Shown here: piece after piece, positions 43,603 to 55,945 of the stretch
How the letters are laid out: every line of letters starts with the position of its first letter
Numbering within the stretch: the stretch's first letter is position 1
Translations under genes and position numbers: made by a program
From: Eledone cirrhosa
Lineage: Eukaryota
Direction of reading: 5' to 3'
NCBI GenBank assembly: GCA_964016885.1
Contig: OZ024743.1
Location: 49,786,001 to 49,850,000 of the forward strand
Length of the DNA stretch: 64,000 nucleotides
The notes under the pieces: model-generated
What the model was told of the DNA's origin: nothing
The model's database searches: none
What the model saw: only the letters and a program-made list of their open reading frames with translations

Positions 43603-43682
43603 TTGGCAGGTGAACAGTGAGCTGTACTGATGAAGGGTGATACCCAGAAACATTAATGTCTGCAGTTCTGTTTACATGCCAA
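43603..43682 (+). ncRNA. Type I hammerhead ribozyme with extended stem I
   Basis: Reads ttggca-g-gtgaacag-tga-gctgta CTGATGA a gggt-gat-accc a GAA ACATTAATGT C tgcagt-t-ctgtttac-a-tgccaa. The core is intact, stem III is palindromic, the site is GUC, and stem I pairs in three blocks. There is an A.A mismatch at the base of stem II. Confidence 0.8.
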
Positions 43683-43839
43683 TACAAGAACAAGAATGAA
43701 GGGTTCATTCTACTGACATGGCTATAAAATTGAGGCTTGTTTGCATAATTGCAAATGAATCGAATGTTATCATTAATATTCGAAAAACTCAGATTACATT
43801 TATATATATATGTATATATATATATATATATATATGCAG

Positions 43840-44958
43840 GTGCCTTTTGTATATATGCCCAGTACACCGGCCCCACGCCCGAACTGTGTGGTCGTTACAT
43901 CGACGACTGTATCGGAGCCACGACCCTCACCCGAGAACAGCTCGACTCCTTTCTCTCCTTCTTCTGCTCCTTCCACCCCTCCCTCCACTTCACCACCTCT
44001 ATCTCCACCACCTACGTCCACTTCTTAGACATCTCCGTCGCCTTCGACCCCTCCCACCACTCCCTCGTCACCTCCGCCTTCTTCAAACCCACCGACTCCC
44101 ACTTCTACCTCGACTTCACCTCTTCCCACCCCACACACACTAAACACTCTATTCCCTACTCCCAACTCCTCAGGATCCGCCGCCTCTGTAGCCGAGATGC
44201 TGACTTTTAGTCCCAGGCCCTTTCCCTAGTCAGCCATTTCATCCGCAGAGGTTATCCCCCCCCTCTCTCGTCCACACCGCTCTCACCCGCGCACGTGCTG
44301 TCCACCGCTCCACCACCCTCAACGCCACCGCACACCCACTCACCGTCTCCCCTTCCTCATCACCTACCACCCCTCCACCATACCCCTCAACCGCACCCTC
44401 CTCCGCCTCTTCCGACGCCTCCAGTCCGACCCCTCCACCTCCCACATATTCCCAGCCCCACCACTCCCCTCCTTCAAACGCGCACGCAATCTACGCACCC
44501 TCCTCGTCCACAGCTCCCTACCCCCTACCCACGCTCCCCCCGGTTCCCTTCCCTGTTCCAGGTCCCGCTGCAACACCTGTCCCCACATCACCAACACCAC
44601 CACCTTCCAGGATCCCAACGGCCACTCTCTCTCTGTCCGGCATGCCTTCCGCTGCACCTCCTCCAACCTAGTCTACAGACTTCGCTGCACGTAGTGCATC
44701 GCGACTTACGTCGGACAGACTGGACGTCGCCTGGCGGACAGGTTGACGGAACACCTCCGAGATATTCGTCTCGGTGGTAGTTCCCCCATCGCCCGCCACT
44801 TTGGTGCCCCTGGACATTCCGCATACCACCTCACAGTCTGTGGCCTACTCCAATGCCACGAAACACCCGCCACTCTCCTCAGGGTCGAACAACGAACCAT
44901 CTTCACCCTACAGAGCCACACTCCCCCCGGCCTGAACTCCCCACCCTTATTCCTTTAG
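43840..44958 (+). pseudogene. PLE reverse transcriptase C-terminal half, Cys-rich linker and GIY-YIG endonuclease (disrupted)
   Basis: Motifs RYIDD, HFLDI, KPTDSHFYLDFTSSHP, SIPYSQLLRIRRLC, PCSRSRCNTC and NLVYRLRC..YVGQTGRRLADRLTEH..PPGLN. Stops and frameshifts are present. Confidence 0.93.
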
Positions 44959-46442
44959 CCTTCGACCGCCCCTCCCCCCACACATATCCCCCACTAACAC
45001 CTCTAACACACCCCTCCTTTTCACCCCCCACCCCACACCTAACAATACTAACACCTCCACCCTACACCCGACCACCCTTCCCCAACTAACATACTAACAT
45101 CCCTCCCTTCTTCCCCCCTCCTTATCACACGCACACACCCACCGGTACATATATACACGCGCTCACACTAAACACACACCCTAATACCACCACTAACCCT
45201 CACCCCACACATCCACCCCACCACCCCGCAACTAACATCACTAACACCCCCCTGACCCCAAGCACACGAACACACACACCCACTTACACCACCCACTCTA
45301 CACGCAACTAACATCACTAACACCCCCCAACCCCAAGCACACGAACACACACACCCTCTTACACCACCCACTCTACACACCCTACCACCACTGACCCCCA
45401 CTCATACCCGCATTCAATCCCTTCTCCACCTCCAGTATACTAACACCCACTAACACCCCCTTCACCACACACACACTCATCCAAACACGCACACACATAC
45501 CAGTACACTACACTCCCTCCATCGGCCCCCACACCCTTCTCTCCCCGCTCCACCCACACCCTTTCTCAAACACACACACATCCCACTAACACCTCTACTA
45601 ATACACCCCCCTCCTCACTCCAACTTTCACACCTACCCATCCTCTCCCCTGTCCACCGCACCTCCGCACACACTGACACCGACTTTCTTCACTTACCCTA
45701 CTGCTGCTATGCCTCTCTGACCACCTCCCCGCACACACAGACACACAACCCTCCTCCTGCCTTGACCCTCTGACCACTTCCTGTTGCGCGCGCACCCCAC
45801 ATCTCCCCTCTTCCGACCAATCTCTTCACGGATTTCACATATGTGCACCTCGATCCCTAGAATCCACCACATCCCAAGGATATTACTCAGCATTCCACCA
45901 CATCGTCTACGGAATTACCTTAAGGACTCACCCACGGACATACACCCCAAATAATTTTTTTTCCCCACACGCCACCTACATCCACAACACACATAAACAC
46001 CACACACACACGTGCGTACCACCACATATTTACACATTCAGCCTCCGGAATCCTCTCCCCCCACCCCTCTATCCACACACGCACACACACTCCGACCTAC
46101 ACCCCACCCCACACACACCTCTTCCTGAACATGCAACCCCGTTCTTCCCCCAACTCTTACTTTCACATACACACACAAACACGTACACCTACACACACAC
46201 ACACCACCTTCAGCCCTCCCCGCTCGGACACCCCGTCTCTCTCTCCCCACTCCACCCGCCACTACCCCTACACGCTCCACACCCTTCCACCACCTGTTTT
46301 ACTCCATGTGTATTTTTATTTTTATTTTTATCATGCTTTTACATTTAATTTCATTTGTACCGTTTCCTCTCACCCCCTTTTTTCTATATGTCTCTCCACC
46401 ACTCCCCTACACACCCTTGGAACTCTCTTCCCACACACTTTT

Positions 46443-46476
46443 CACCTGAAGAAGGGCTTATGCCCGAAACGTCGTT
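46443..46476 (+). ncRNA. Minimal hammerhead ribozyme motif in the PLE 3' terminus
   Basis: cac CTGAAGA a gggc-ttat-gccc GAAAC GTC gt. Confidence 0.7.
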
Positions 46477-46564
46477 CCCCACCACCACCCCACTCTCAAG
46501 AGCGTGAAACTAATAAACCTTTGTTCGTACTGTCTCTCTGTTTTGTTCCCGTTCAATTTTTTAC

Positions 46565-46595
<31 letters not shown>

Positions 46596-46762
46596 ATACT
46601 TTGGGAGGGTCATGTTGCCAATAAGAAACACACGCACCAGTTGCTTTCACTTCAATTTATTATATATTTATAAATTTATAAATTTACAAATCTACAAACC
46701 TATAAATTATAAATTTCTGGTTGGTTGGTTGGTTCCACAACCAGATAGTTGTTTATATATAT

Positions 46763-46807
46763 AGTCATAGTCCTTTTGTCACACACTCTGTGACCTCTTC
46801 AGTGACT
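46763..46807 (-). ncRNA. Hammerhead ribozyme motif with a mutated GAAA
   Basis: Minus strand reads agtca CTGAAGA g gtcaca-gagtg-tgtgac AAAA ggac TA tgact: 5-bp stem I, 6-bp stem II, and GAAA changed to AAAA. It lies downstream of the minus-strand GIY-YIG fragment. Confidence 0.6.
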
Positions 46808-47062
46808 GGGGATTCCTTTCTTCGTTTCTGTGCCTTTTCTTTCTTCTATCCTACGCCATTTTGTTTCTGTGTGTGTGTTGTGTGCTCAGTTTGCGCATGT
46901 GCCACATCCGGGTGTCTGTGTGTGTTTGTGTTCATTTTTCTATTTGTTTATTTATTTATTGTTGGTTGGTTGTTTGTTCTATGTGTGTGTGTGTTTTCAT
47001 TTTGTGTGTGTTTTCAATTGTAAGTTGTTTGTTCTATGTGTGTGTGTGTTTTCATTTTGTCC

Positions 47063-47460
47063 TTAATTGTAAGTTGTGATGTTGCTGTTCCACTCATATT
47101 TTCTATTTAATTTTGGTTTTAATTCTTTTATGCTTACTGCCTCTGTAATTTGCCTAAACATTGCGTCTTTTCTGTGCGTGGATTCTATTTTTATTTCTAT
47201 GCTCTCTAATCTACCCCTGTGTTCTATCTTAGCATGTTGGTAGAGCACAGATGATTCTTTATTATCTTGGAGGTCTCGCCAGTGTTCATTTATTCGTTCC
47301 CCTATACTACGAGCTGTCTCACCTATGTACACTATATTTTTGTTTCTACATTGTCCTTCAGTACATCTTATGCTATACACTACATTTCTAGTTTTACAGT
47401 TAATATGGGGGCTTATTTTACAGGTTATACATTTCTTATCTATACATGAGGGTGATATAT
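47063..47460 (-). pseudogene. PLE GIY-YIG endonuclease fragment (second family)
   Basis: NVVYSIRC..C..VYIGETARSIGERINEH..SVLYQH..RQITEAVSIKELKPKLNRKYEW. Confidence 0.88.
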
Positions 47461-47558
47461 GCAGAGGGAGGTTTTTTCGAAAGTTAAACGGTTAGATTTG
47501 AAAATATTTAATTTATAATATTAGGGTGAAGATTCCAGATTTCAGGATTATTTGCTGG

Positions 47559-48068
47559 TTATTTATATATTATTTATATGAATTCGATAAGTGTGTTATC
47601 ATTTCTAAACTTATGAATTTTGAGAGTAACATTTAAAGGATTTAGCTGGCACAGAAAGAATGAAATATTATACTGTTGGTTATTTACCTAAATTCAAACT
47701 TTAACAAATATACCAACATATTAGGTATGTAAAGCTTTTGAAGTACTTATTGTTATAAATATTTAAATAACTATTATGTATATAGATATATATTAATGAG
47801 CCAGTATGTTTAAGGTAAATAATAACGGCGAAGGTAAAAATAAAATAAGATAATATATTGAAGGATGTTAAGGATATATATACCTATGTATAACTGGGTG
47901 TAAATGCACTAATTATTCTTCAACCAAGATATCAACATATTATTAGATACAGGGATGTATATATATAGATATATATTAGGTATTATTAGTGTAGTATACT
48001 TTAGGTAAATGATAACAGTTATAATTTTATCAACGTGTCACATTTAAATACATAAATATATACATATA
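47559..48068. repeat. Left arm of a ~500-bp inverted repeat
   Basis: Reverse complement of 49120-49622; for example 47821 aataacggcgaaggtaaaaataaaataagataatatattgaaggatgttaagga has its complement at ~49316-49370. Confidence 0.92.
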
Positions 48069-48084
48069 TATGTATTTAATGAGC

Positions 48085-48360
48085 ATTTATGGTTCGTTTT
48101 GCGAACCATAAATGCTCATTCTCAAACTCTAAGAGGAAATCATCCACGTCTTTATCACAGCTCATATGGTCTTTAAAAGAGAAGAATTTAGAATACTCCA
48201 TTCTTTGGACAAAACTTCGGAACTGTGGAATTTATCGCAACTCTGGTATATCAAATAACTGCCCGCTCTGTACAATGGGAACCCTGTTGATTATTAATAA
48301 TTATGAGACCCTAATTAACAAAAAAAAGTGAATTATTCTCTAGTTGCCTACATAAATCTA
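48085..48360 (+). pseudogene. PLE GIY-YIG C-terminal fragment (third family)
   Basis: RFANHKCSF..STSLSQLIWSLKEKNLEYSILW..CPLC..LINKK, then SELFSSCLHK after a frameshift. Confidence 0.8.
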
Positions 48361-49119
48361 CGTCCACTTTTTTAGCCTCACATAAAACGAGAAAGAAAGA
48401 AACAATTACACCAAACCAATAACAAATCGGTTACCAGGAATATATAATTAACAGTAAAAAACATTAATGGCCTTTAATATTGCTTTATTTTATAACTATC
48501 TATAGAAGAAACAACGCTAGAATGAATGACAATATTTCAATTAACATGCCTAAACATTGATACACACAACATTATTTGTTAACTTTGATCAATACCATCA
48601 TCTCTTTATCTCCTTATTTCTATCTATCTTACTATCTATGCTTATAATTTAGTATAATACCTAATCCTTACATATTTATAGAATTTATTTAACTGTGAAT
48701 TTTTAATACATTTGTGATCTCTTTTAAATTTTAGTTTAATACCCAATCCATAAATTTTTATGAAACTTATCTATAACTCTAAATTTTTAATGAGTTTTTG
48801 ACCTATTATTTATAGTATAATATAGCATATATTTCTTTTAAATATATTTACTGCACTATAAAATCTAAATTTTGAGACGGATTCAAACTTATATATAAAT
48901 GTGAATTTTTCGCTGCGCTTTCGATCTCTTATTTATTTATAATATAATGTATTATAATATGTATGTAGTTATATATTATATTTTATATATTTTTAAATAT
49001 ACCTACCACATTTCTATATATATGATTCAAATATAGAGAAAATATCCAAACTAAAAATTATTATAGACATTATTTTGAACTCTGTATTATCCATGCACTC
49101 ATTGTTGTTTTTCTTATCT

Positions 49120-49622
49120 TATATGTATATATATATGTATTTAAATGTGACACGTTGATAAAATTATAACTGTTATCATTTACCTAATGTATACTACACT
49201 AATAATACCTAATATATATCTATATATATACACCCCTATATCTAATAATATGTTGATATCTTGGTTGAAGAATAATTAGTGTATTTACACCCAGTTATAC
49301 ATAGGTATATATTTATCCTTAACATCCTTCAATATATTATCTTATTTTATTTTTACCTTCGTCGTTATTATTTACCTTAAACATACTGGCTCATTAATAT
49401 ATACCTATATGCATAATAGTTATTTAAATATTTATAACAATAAGTACTTCAAAAGCTTTACATACCTAATATGTTGGTATATTTGTTCAAGTTTGAATTT
49501 AGGTAAATAATCAACAGTATAATATTTCATTCTTTACGTGCCAACTAAATCCTATAAATGTTACTCTTAAAATTCATAAGTTTAGAAATGATATCGAATT
49601 TATATAAATAATATATAAATAA
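49120..49622. repeat. Right arm of the ~500-bp inverted repeat
   Basis: Pairs with 47559-48068. Confidence 0.92.
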
Positions 49623-49793
49623 TATATAAATAATATATAAATATATAATAAAATGTAATTGATCAAAAGAACATCTATTTTATTAATACTTATATTTTAA
49701 TATTAATAACTCCAGAAAATTATAAGCCGTTGAGTGCTTCCAATCTACTGTAAAACTCATTCTTTGACATAATCATTGAATATTGTTTAACAA

Positions 49794-49856
<63 letters not shown>

Positions 49857-49861
49857 GGCAC

Positions 49862-50006
49862 CTGCATTTTCTATCTACACAATTACACTGACAAGACTTG
49901 GATCTGCTCGAGGCTATGGTAAAAGTCACTTGCCCAAGATGCCATGCAGTGAGATTGAAACTGGTATCTTATAATTACGATATGAACTGTTTAACCACTC
50001 GGCAAT
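49862..50006 (-). mobile_element. Degenerate family B SINE
   Basis: gaggctatggtaaaagtcacttgcccaagatgccatgcagtgagattgaa..taaccactcggcaa. Confidence 0.55.
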
Positions 50007-50384
50007 GGTACACAGTTAATGGAACGATAAAAAGAGGATTGGTTTATCAATTTGTCTAAATATTAAACTCAAGTTCAGTGAGGAACATTCAGAATAGTAA
50101 GTGACCAAATACATTTTCTTGAAAACTCTCCATATTTTAGAAAATTCTTTAATAGACCATTCCAAACATCTGTGATGGCAATTCTAAGAATTATTGTCTG
50201 TCAGTTTTTTGAAACCTGGAATGTTCTAAAGGAATATTATGGAAGCACAACAATTCTAAGATTACCAACAACCAATCCTGAAAATTTATTAAGAGAAACG
50301 GTCCATTAGAATTATTGAATTTATTTGTCATAATTGAAATGTTTCAAAACAGTCACTCGTGTTTATTGCCATTTCCAGTCCCCC

Positions 50385-50507
50385 CTTCTTCTTCTTCTTC
50401 TTCTTCTTCTTCTTCTTCTTCTTCTTCTTCTTCTTCTTCTTCTTCTTCTTCTTCTTCTTCTTCTTCTTCTTCTTCTTCTTCTTCTTCTTCTTCTTCTTCT
50501 TCTTCTA
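50385..50507. repeat. (TTC)~40 microsatellite
   Basis: Direct reading. Confidence 0.97.
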
Positions 50508-50527
50508 TTTGCGTTAATAATAATAAT

Positions 50528-53500
50528 GATTTCTTTATTGGCCACAAGGCTGACATCAAGAAAAACATTACAGACGGCACAGGACGGTACAGGACGGTAC
50601 GATGTGGGTTTTGTGCGTGTAAAGATTTTTATTATTTATATAAGAAAAGAAAAAAAAAGACATAGAAACATATATATATAAACAATAAAAATGAAAATTG
50701 AAACAATGAAAAATTCCCCAATAGGGGGGAAACCTCCGAGGGTTACTCGGGGCGAAAACCACACAAAAGACCACGGCCACCCTGACCACCAGCGCAAGTG
50801 CCCTCTCTCAAATTTTCCATTTCTCAAACTACAGGCGTATATTCAGAGCGGTCCCGTTCACTCGGACCATTCTCGCTACATTCACCCACCTTTCAACAAA
50901 CATGCTAGAAGGCAGCACTTGCCTCTCCACCCTGATTTTCTTCTTCAAGTGAAACTTGAAAAAGTTAATTAGGGATTCGCTGAAGAGGAAAGTATCTGTC
51001 TTTAACCCTTTCAACCTTGTCCAGCACACAATCTCTTTCGCCATGGCCACCAGGCAGATGAAAACCGCCTGCCCTTCCTCCTCGAAGGAAGACGGCGAGA
51101 CCATCTGCACAATAACCGGATCAGTCCTACGCGCGACAGCAACTGTTCGACATAGCTTCACAAGTCAGCAATGCTCGGGCACTGAACGAGTGCGTGCACG
51201 ACGGTTTCGTCGCTCTGCGTTCATCTCGGACAGGCTCGGCTGACGGCACTTCTGTGCCTGTAGAGCTTATCTTGAACCGGCAACGCTCCCCGGTAGCACT
51301 GCCAGGCCAGGGATTTATGGTAATTATCCATAGGCCCTGGGCTGAAAGTTCTCCGGAAGAGAGCAAACAGCTGATCTTCTTCGACGCCCAGAGTCTCTCC
51401 GAGAACGTCGTCGCTCTTCCCCTCCACTAGTCCTCTATAGAATGCCGAGGTGGATGTTCCACCGATACTGGTGGCCAGCTGGCAGAGGGCAGTGAGCGCC
51501 TGGAGACATTCCAGTTTCCAAGCGCTATCCCTCGGTCTTTTTCTGACCCAGGAGACGAGCTGTGGGAAAACGTGCCTGGCGAACGGCGACCACACCTGTT
51601 TACCGTCAAGGAAGCACCAGAGATGTCGCAGCCTCAGCGTATGTTTGCGCATCATCAACCATGGCATGCCCAGTCCTCCACGCAACGGGTGTTGACAGCA
51701 GATGGAGCGCGTCCTTTCCACAAAAAGCGGAAGAGGAGGCGCTCCATTTTGGTGAGAGTTGGGCCGAGGCAAGGGACGACGGTGAGGCGGTAGCAGATGA
51801 GGGATGTGATGTACGCATTCGCCACCTCCGCCCGGCCTTTCAGGGACAGCTTTCTCTCGGCCCATTTATGGGTGAGGGAGGCCACCTTGCTCGTCACCTC
51901 GTTCCAGTTTTTCTCCATCTGGAGGTCCGGTCCGAACCAGACCCCGAGCAATTTAACCGGTCCGTCCGTCCAATGCCCCACGGCGCTGTCGGACGGCATG
52001 GACTTGCCTCTCCAGGTGCCGAGCTGCAAGCCCACCGACTTTTCCTGGTTTATCTTTGCTCCTGTCACCGCTTCGTATTCCTTGAGAGCGGTGCCGAGCA
52101 TCTGGACGTGTCTGGTGCTCGACACCACCACGGTGAAGTCGTCGGCGAAAGCTGACTCGGATTTCCCGCATCCTAGTTCGCGTGGGACGCCCCTCATCGC
52201 CCCCAGTTTGTGCAGTAACGGTTCGAGAGCCATATACGTACAACAGGGACGAGAGGGAACAACCCTGGCGGACCGAGCGCATGATGCTGAACGGATGCGA
52301 CAGGTGACCGTTCACCCTCACAACTGAGCAGATGTCGCTGTACATCGCAGCAATCCAACCCCTGAAAACGGGCCCGAAACCGGCTGCCTCGAGGACCGCC
52401 GCCAGGTACCGATGGTCGACCCTATCGAATGCTTTGGATTGATCAAGTTGATCAGGGCCCTACCCTTGCCAGGTTCCTTAACCACCCTCTCTATGATGTA
52501 TCGCATGAGGTGGAGGTTGTCGTGTATGGATCTGTCCGGAATGGCGCATGTCTGTGCCTCTCCCACCAGACCCTTGACGACAAGCGCCAACCTCGTTGCT
52601 AACACCTTGGTCAAAATCTTGAACTCTGCGTTTAGCAGGGTTATGGGCCTGAAATTATCGATAACATCCCCCTTGTTAGGATCTTTTCTCAGCAGCGCCA
52701 CCGCTCCCCGGCTCACAAAACTAGGAATGCTCCCGTTCTGTTGCCAGTTGCAGTAGACGTCTGCTAAGAGGTCACCGAACAAGTCTGGCTTAAATACATA
52801 AAGCTCGTAGGGAAGACCATCCAAACCTGGCGATTTACCCATCGTGCAGCTAGCCATCGCTTCCCGTATTTCACTGGCTGTTATTGGCTTTTTGCAACAC
52901 TGTGCTGCGGTCGTCGAGAGCCGAGGCAGTCCATCGAGGTATGCACTGAAGACCATACCTCGATCCGGCCCGCCGCTGCTCCCGAACAGTTCATCAAAGT
53001 GCTGCTGAAAAGCTTCACACATCTGCTCGGATTCAAGCAACACGCGCCTGTTTTGATCAGACAAAGACTGAATTGTGGATTCGTTGCCACGTCGCGCCTC
53101 TGCCACCCGGGCCCATTCGACGGCTTTTGTCCCCTCGTGTTTCAGAGCACGCGCTCTAGCTCTGACAACGCAGCCTTCGTGTTTTGCGTTGAAGAATTGG
53201 TCGAGTGCCAATCTCGCCGCAAGCACGTCGGTTGCGATGCCTGTCCTAAACGCCTCTTCTAGCTTTCTGACTAGCTCTCTCTCTACTCTATTTTCCTCTA
53301 TCACTAGTCCTTTGCTAAACCTAATCGACTCTACTTTAATTGCCCTTTTCAGGGCGAACCACCACCTGTTGTTGACGACCGCTCCCGTCAACGCCCGCTT
53401 AACTAATACGATAATCCGGTCTCTGTAGGCTTTGCGCGCCGGGAAAGACGCGTTCAGCTTCCAGTAACCGGGCCCTTGTCTATGAAGTCTGTCTATGTCG

Positions 53501-55075
53501 ATCACAAATTTGTGGTCTGTGTAGTCGGCTATTTTAAATTGTGGACAACTTATACTAGCCTTATCTAGTTCTCTGCAGAATACCCCATCGAGATACGATC
53601 TGGATGACCCGATGCTGTTTGTCCATGTCCACATTGGCACATTCGGGTGATCCAGTCGATACCTGTCAGACAGTTCAAAACGTCTGAGCAGGTTGGTGAG
53701 GCTCTTGCACCCTCCTCCCCTATCCACTATCCCCACACAATGCCAGCGTGCATCCAAGATACCGTTCCAGTCGCCCACTAGCACTAAAGAGCGGGACGTT
53801 CCAAGAAAGGTCTCTAGACGTCTGAAGAAATCTGGCCGTCCTGTCCCTGTTGGGGCGTAGACGGCTATTAGCCTGAAAGCATTGCCTTCGCTGTCGGTCA
53901 CGTCTAGCACCACCGACTTACCTTCTGGGTCTAGGAAGATGGCCCGTATGGCGAGATCCAAGCGTCTCCGAAAAAGGATGGCAACCCCTCCCCCGATCCT
54001 GGACGGCTGGGAGATGCGTATACATCGTAGCCGCCAAAGATCGGTGCGAAGGCTTGTGCTTCGGAGATTCTGGTCTCACTGATGGCCACCACATCTATGT
54101 TTAGGGACCTGAGGTCGTTGAGCAGGTGACCTTGCTTCCAAGATGACCCCAGGCCACGTGCATTTATACTGCCTATTCTGAGTACGGCCATGTTGGGTGA
54201 GGAACGGGACAAGTGAGAAAGGATAACTTACCTTGATTGTCTGGTGAAGGGACCGTTGAATCGTCCCTTCGGCTGGTTGTCGGCTCTTCTGTCAGTATAT
54301 CCGAATATACTCTCCGGTTGCGTGTCCCTCCCAGGTCTCTGAAATCACCAACTGCGTTGGGGAATTTTATTTTAATGTTTGTGTATTGTTTCTGTGATAT
54401 TCTTACCAGTCTTATGTTCGTTGGTGTTTTGATTGGTGCTGGTATTATGTAGTCGTGCTGTGAAATGTAGGTGTGTTCAATTATGTAAGTCACTAGTTTC
54501 TTGTGTGTATTTATTGCTGTGCATTTCTTTTGCTGGGGGTGGGGTGTGGTTCTGCTATTTTCTTGTTGTTGCTGGGTGTATGTGTTTTGTTGTTGTGTTT
54601 GCGATGTTGGTGCTTGTGGTGGTGGTGTTGAAGGTGTTGTTGTTGTTGGCGGTGGGGTTGCCGCCGGTGGTGATGGTAGTGCTAGCGTGGGTGGTGATGG
54701 TGTTGTGGGTTGCTGCTGTAAGTCTCTTTGCAGTAGCCTTTACCCTTTTTTCATTTCTTCCCTCCATTTTCGAAGGCGTCGATGCCCCTGCTTCTGCGTT
54801 TGTGCCTTCTTGCAACCTTTTGCCATCCCTCTCCCACCTCACACTCCATGTCCGATTCTGTGAGGTCGGGGAGGGGTACCAGCTCCTTTTTTCCCTTTTC
54901 CCCCTTTCCCTTCTATTTTCTTTCTCTCCTTCCTCCGTTTTCCCAATAACTTACCCGGTTATTGAACTCTCTGGGGGTAGATATATTGTCTTTAGAGCGT
55001 TGAAATCTCCGAGACCCCCAGTAGACAACTGATGAGCACCCCCCCTCGTTTTTGCCTTCTTCTTCTCATTCCATT
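50528..55075 (-). mobile_element. Tx1/L1-group non-LTR retrotransposon, copy 1
   Basis: Complete ORF2 region, a 3' UTR ending AATAAAGAAATC followed by (ATT)n, and a probable degenerate ORF1 tail at ~54230-55030. The 5' boundary is approximate. Confidence 0.9.
50829..54191 (-). pseudogene. ORF2: AP endonuclease, reverse transcriptase and C-terminal domain, frameshifted
   Basis: Motifs MAVLRIGSINARGL, ISET, VYAP, GDWN, YTDHK, GPGYWKLN, KSPGLDGLPYE, NFRPITLLN, RQGC, FADD, GGLG and CPRC, split over several frames. Confidence 0.93.
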
Positions 55076-55083
55076 TTTAATCC

Positions 55084-55092
55084 TATATATAT

Positions 55093-55137
<45 letters not shown>

Positions 55138-55187
55138 TATATATATACATATATATACATATACATATATATACATATATATATATG

Positions 55188-55245
<58 letters not shown>

Positions 55246-55255
55246 TATACATATA
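55084..55255. repeat. (TA)n-based microsatellite
   Basis: Direct reading. Confidence 0.9.
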
Positions 55256-55765
55256 CCCAAGTAATAAAGAAGTGTGACCGGGAGAAATAGTACAAAGTAA
55301 AAAGATCGTTATTTCGCACCCCTTCACAGCGCCATTTAAAAATATTTTTCAGGTCCTTGATTTCACGTAAGAAGACAGAAAAGACTATTGTCAAGTATAA
55401 ACAGTTGATGCTCTGACTTGTAGAATTTAGAGAATCACAGAAGATAATTCTTCACTGCTTTCTGGTGAAACACAAACAGCTTAGTGTAAGATTTATCATT
55501 GAAACATAAACAAATGGCGGGGGTGGAAAAGAAAAGAGATAATGTGTGTGTGAGAGAAAGAGAGAGAGAGAGAGAGAGAGGGGGAGAGAGAGGAGGAGGG
55601 AGAGAATAAGGGAAGGTTGGTTGTGAGGGAGGACAAGCGAAAGTGAGAAAGTTGGATGTCGCAATGATTTTACAATAGATATAATTAGCTTTAAAGGATA
55701 TATCTCTTTCTCCTCTCTCTTCCCCCCTCTTCTTCCTCTCCCCCCTCTCTCTCTCTCCCTCTCTT

Positions 55766-55811
<46 letters not shown>

Positions 55812-55814
55812 TAT

Positions 55815-55945
55815 CAAAAGAAGAAACGAACAAACACGAGGATATATGAAAGAAAAATCGCATTAGTTTCAAGCTTAAAAGAAAGAAAGAGAGTTACGTA
55901 GTCAACGTATCGGGCATCTGCCCTTCATCAGAGAAAACACAAAAA
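55815..55945 (-). mobile_element. Solo PLE 3' terminus with a degenerate hammerhead (55900-55934)
   Basis: Minus strand reads CTGATGA a gggca-ga-tgccc GATAC GTT. attagtttcaagct matches the reverse complement of agcgtgaaactaat at 46501. It abuts (TG)n. Confidence 0.65.

Larger units (their letters stand above)
43837..46563 (+). mobile_element. Penelope-like element (Neptune-type), 5'-truncated, with (TA)n on both flanks
   Basis: RT plus GIY-YIG ORF remnant, a ~1.6-kb C-rich 3' region and a terminal hammerhead motif. (TA)n lies at 43800-43835 and 46564-46590. Confidence 0.92.

Noticed and set aside
48910-48930. Minus-strand GAAAGCGC as a hammerhead half
   Set aside because: There is no CUGANGA upstream; at best it is a deleted remnant.
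51562-53428. Plus-strand ORFs overlapping the Tx1-like element (also 61897-63553)
   Set aside because: They are antisense shadows of the GC-rich ORF2.
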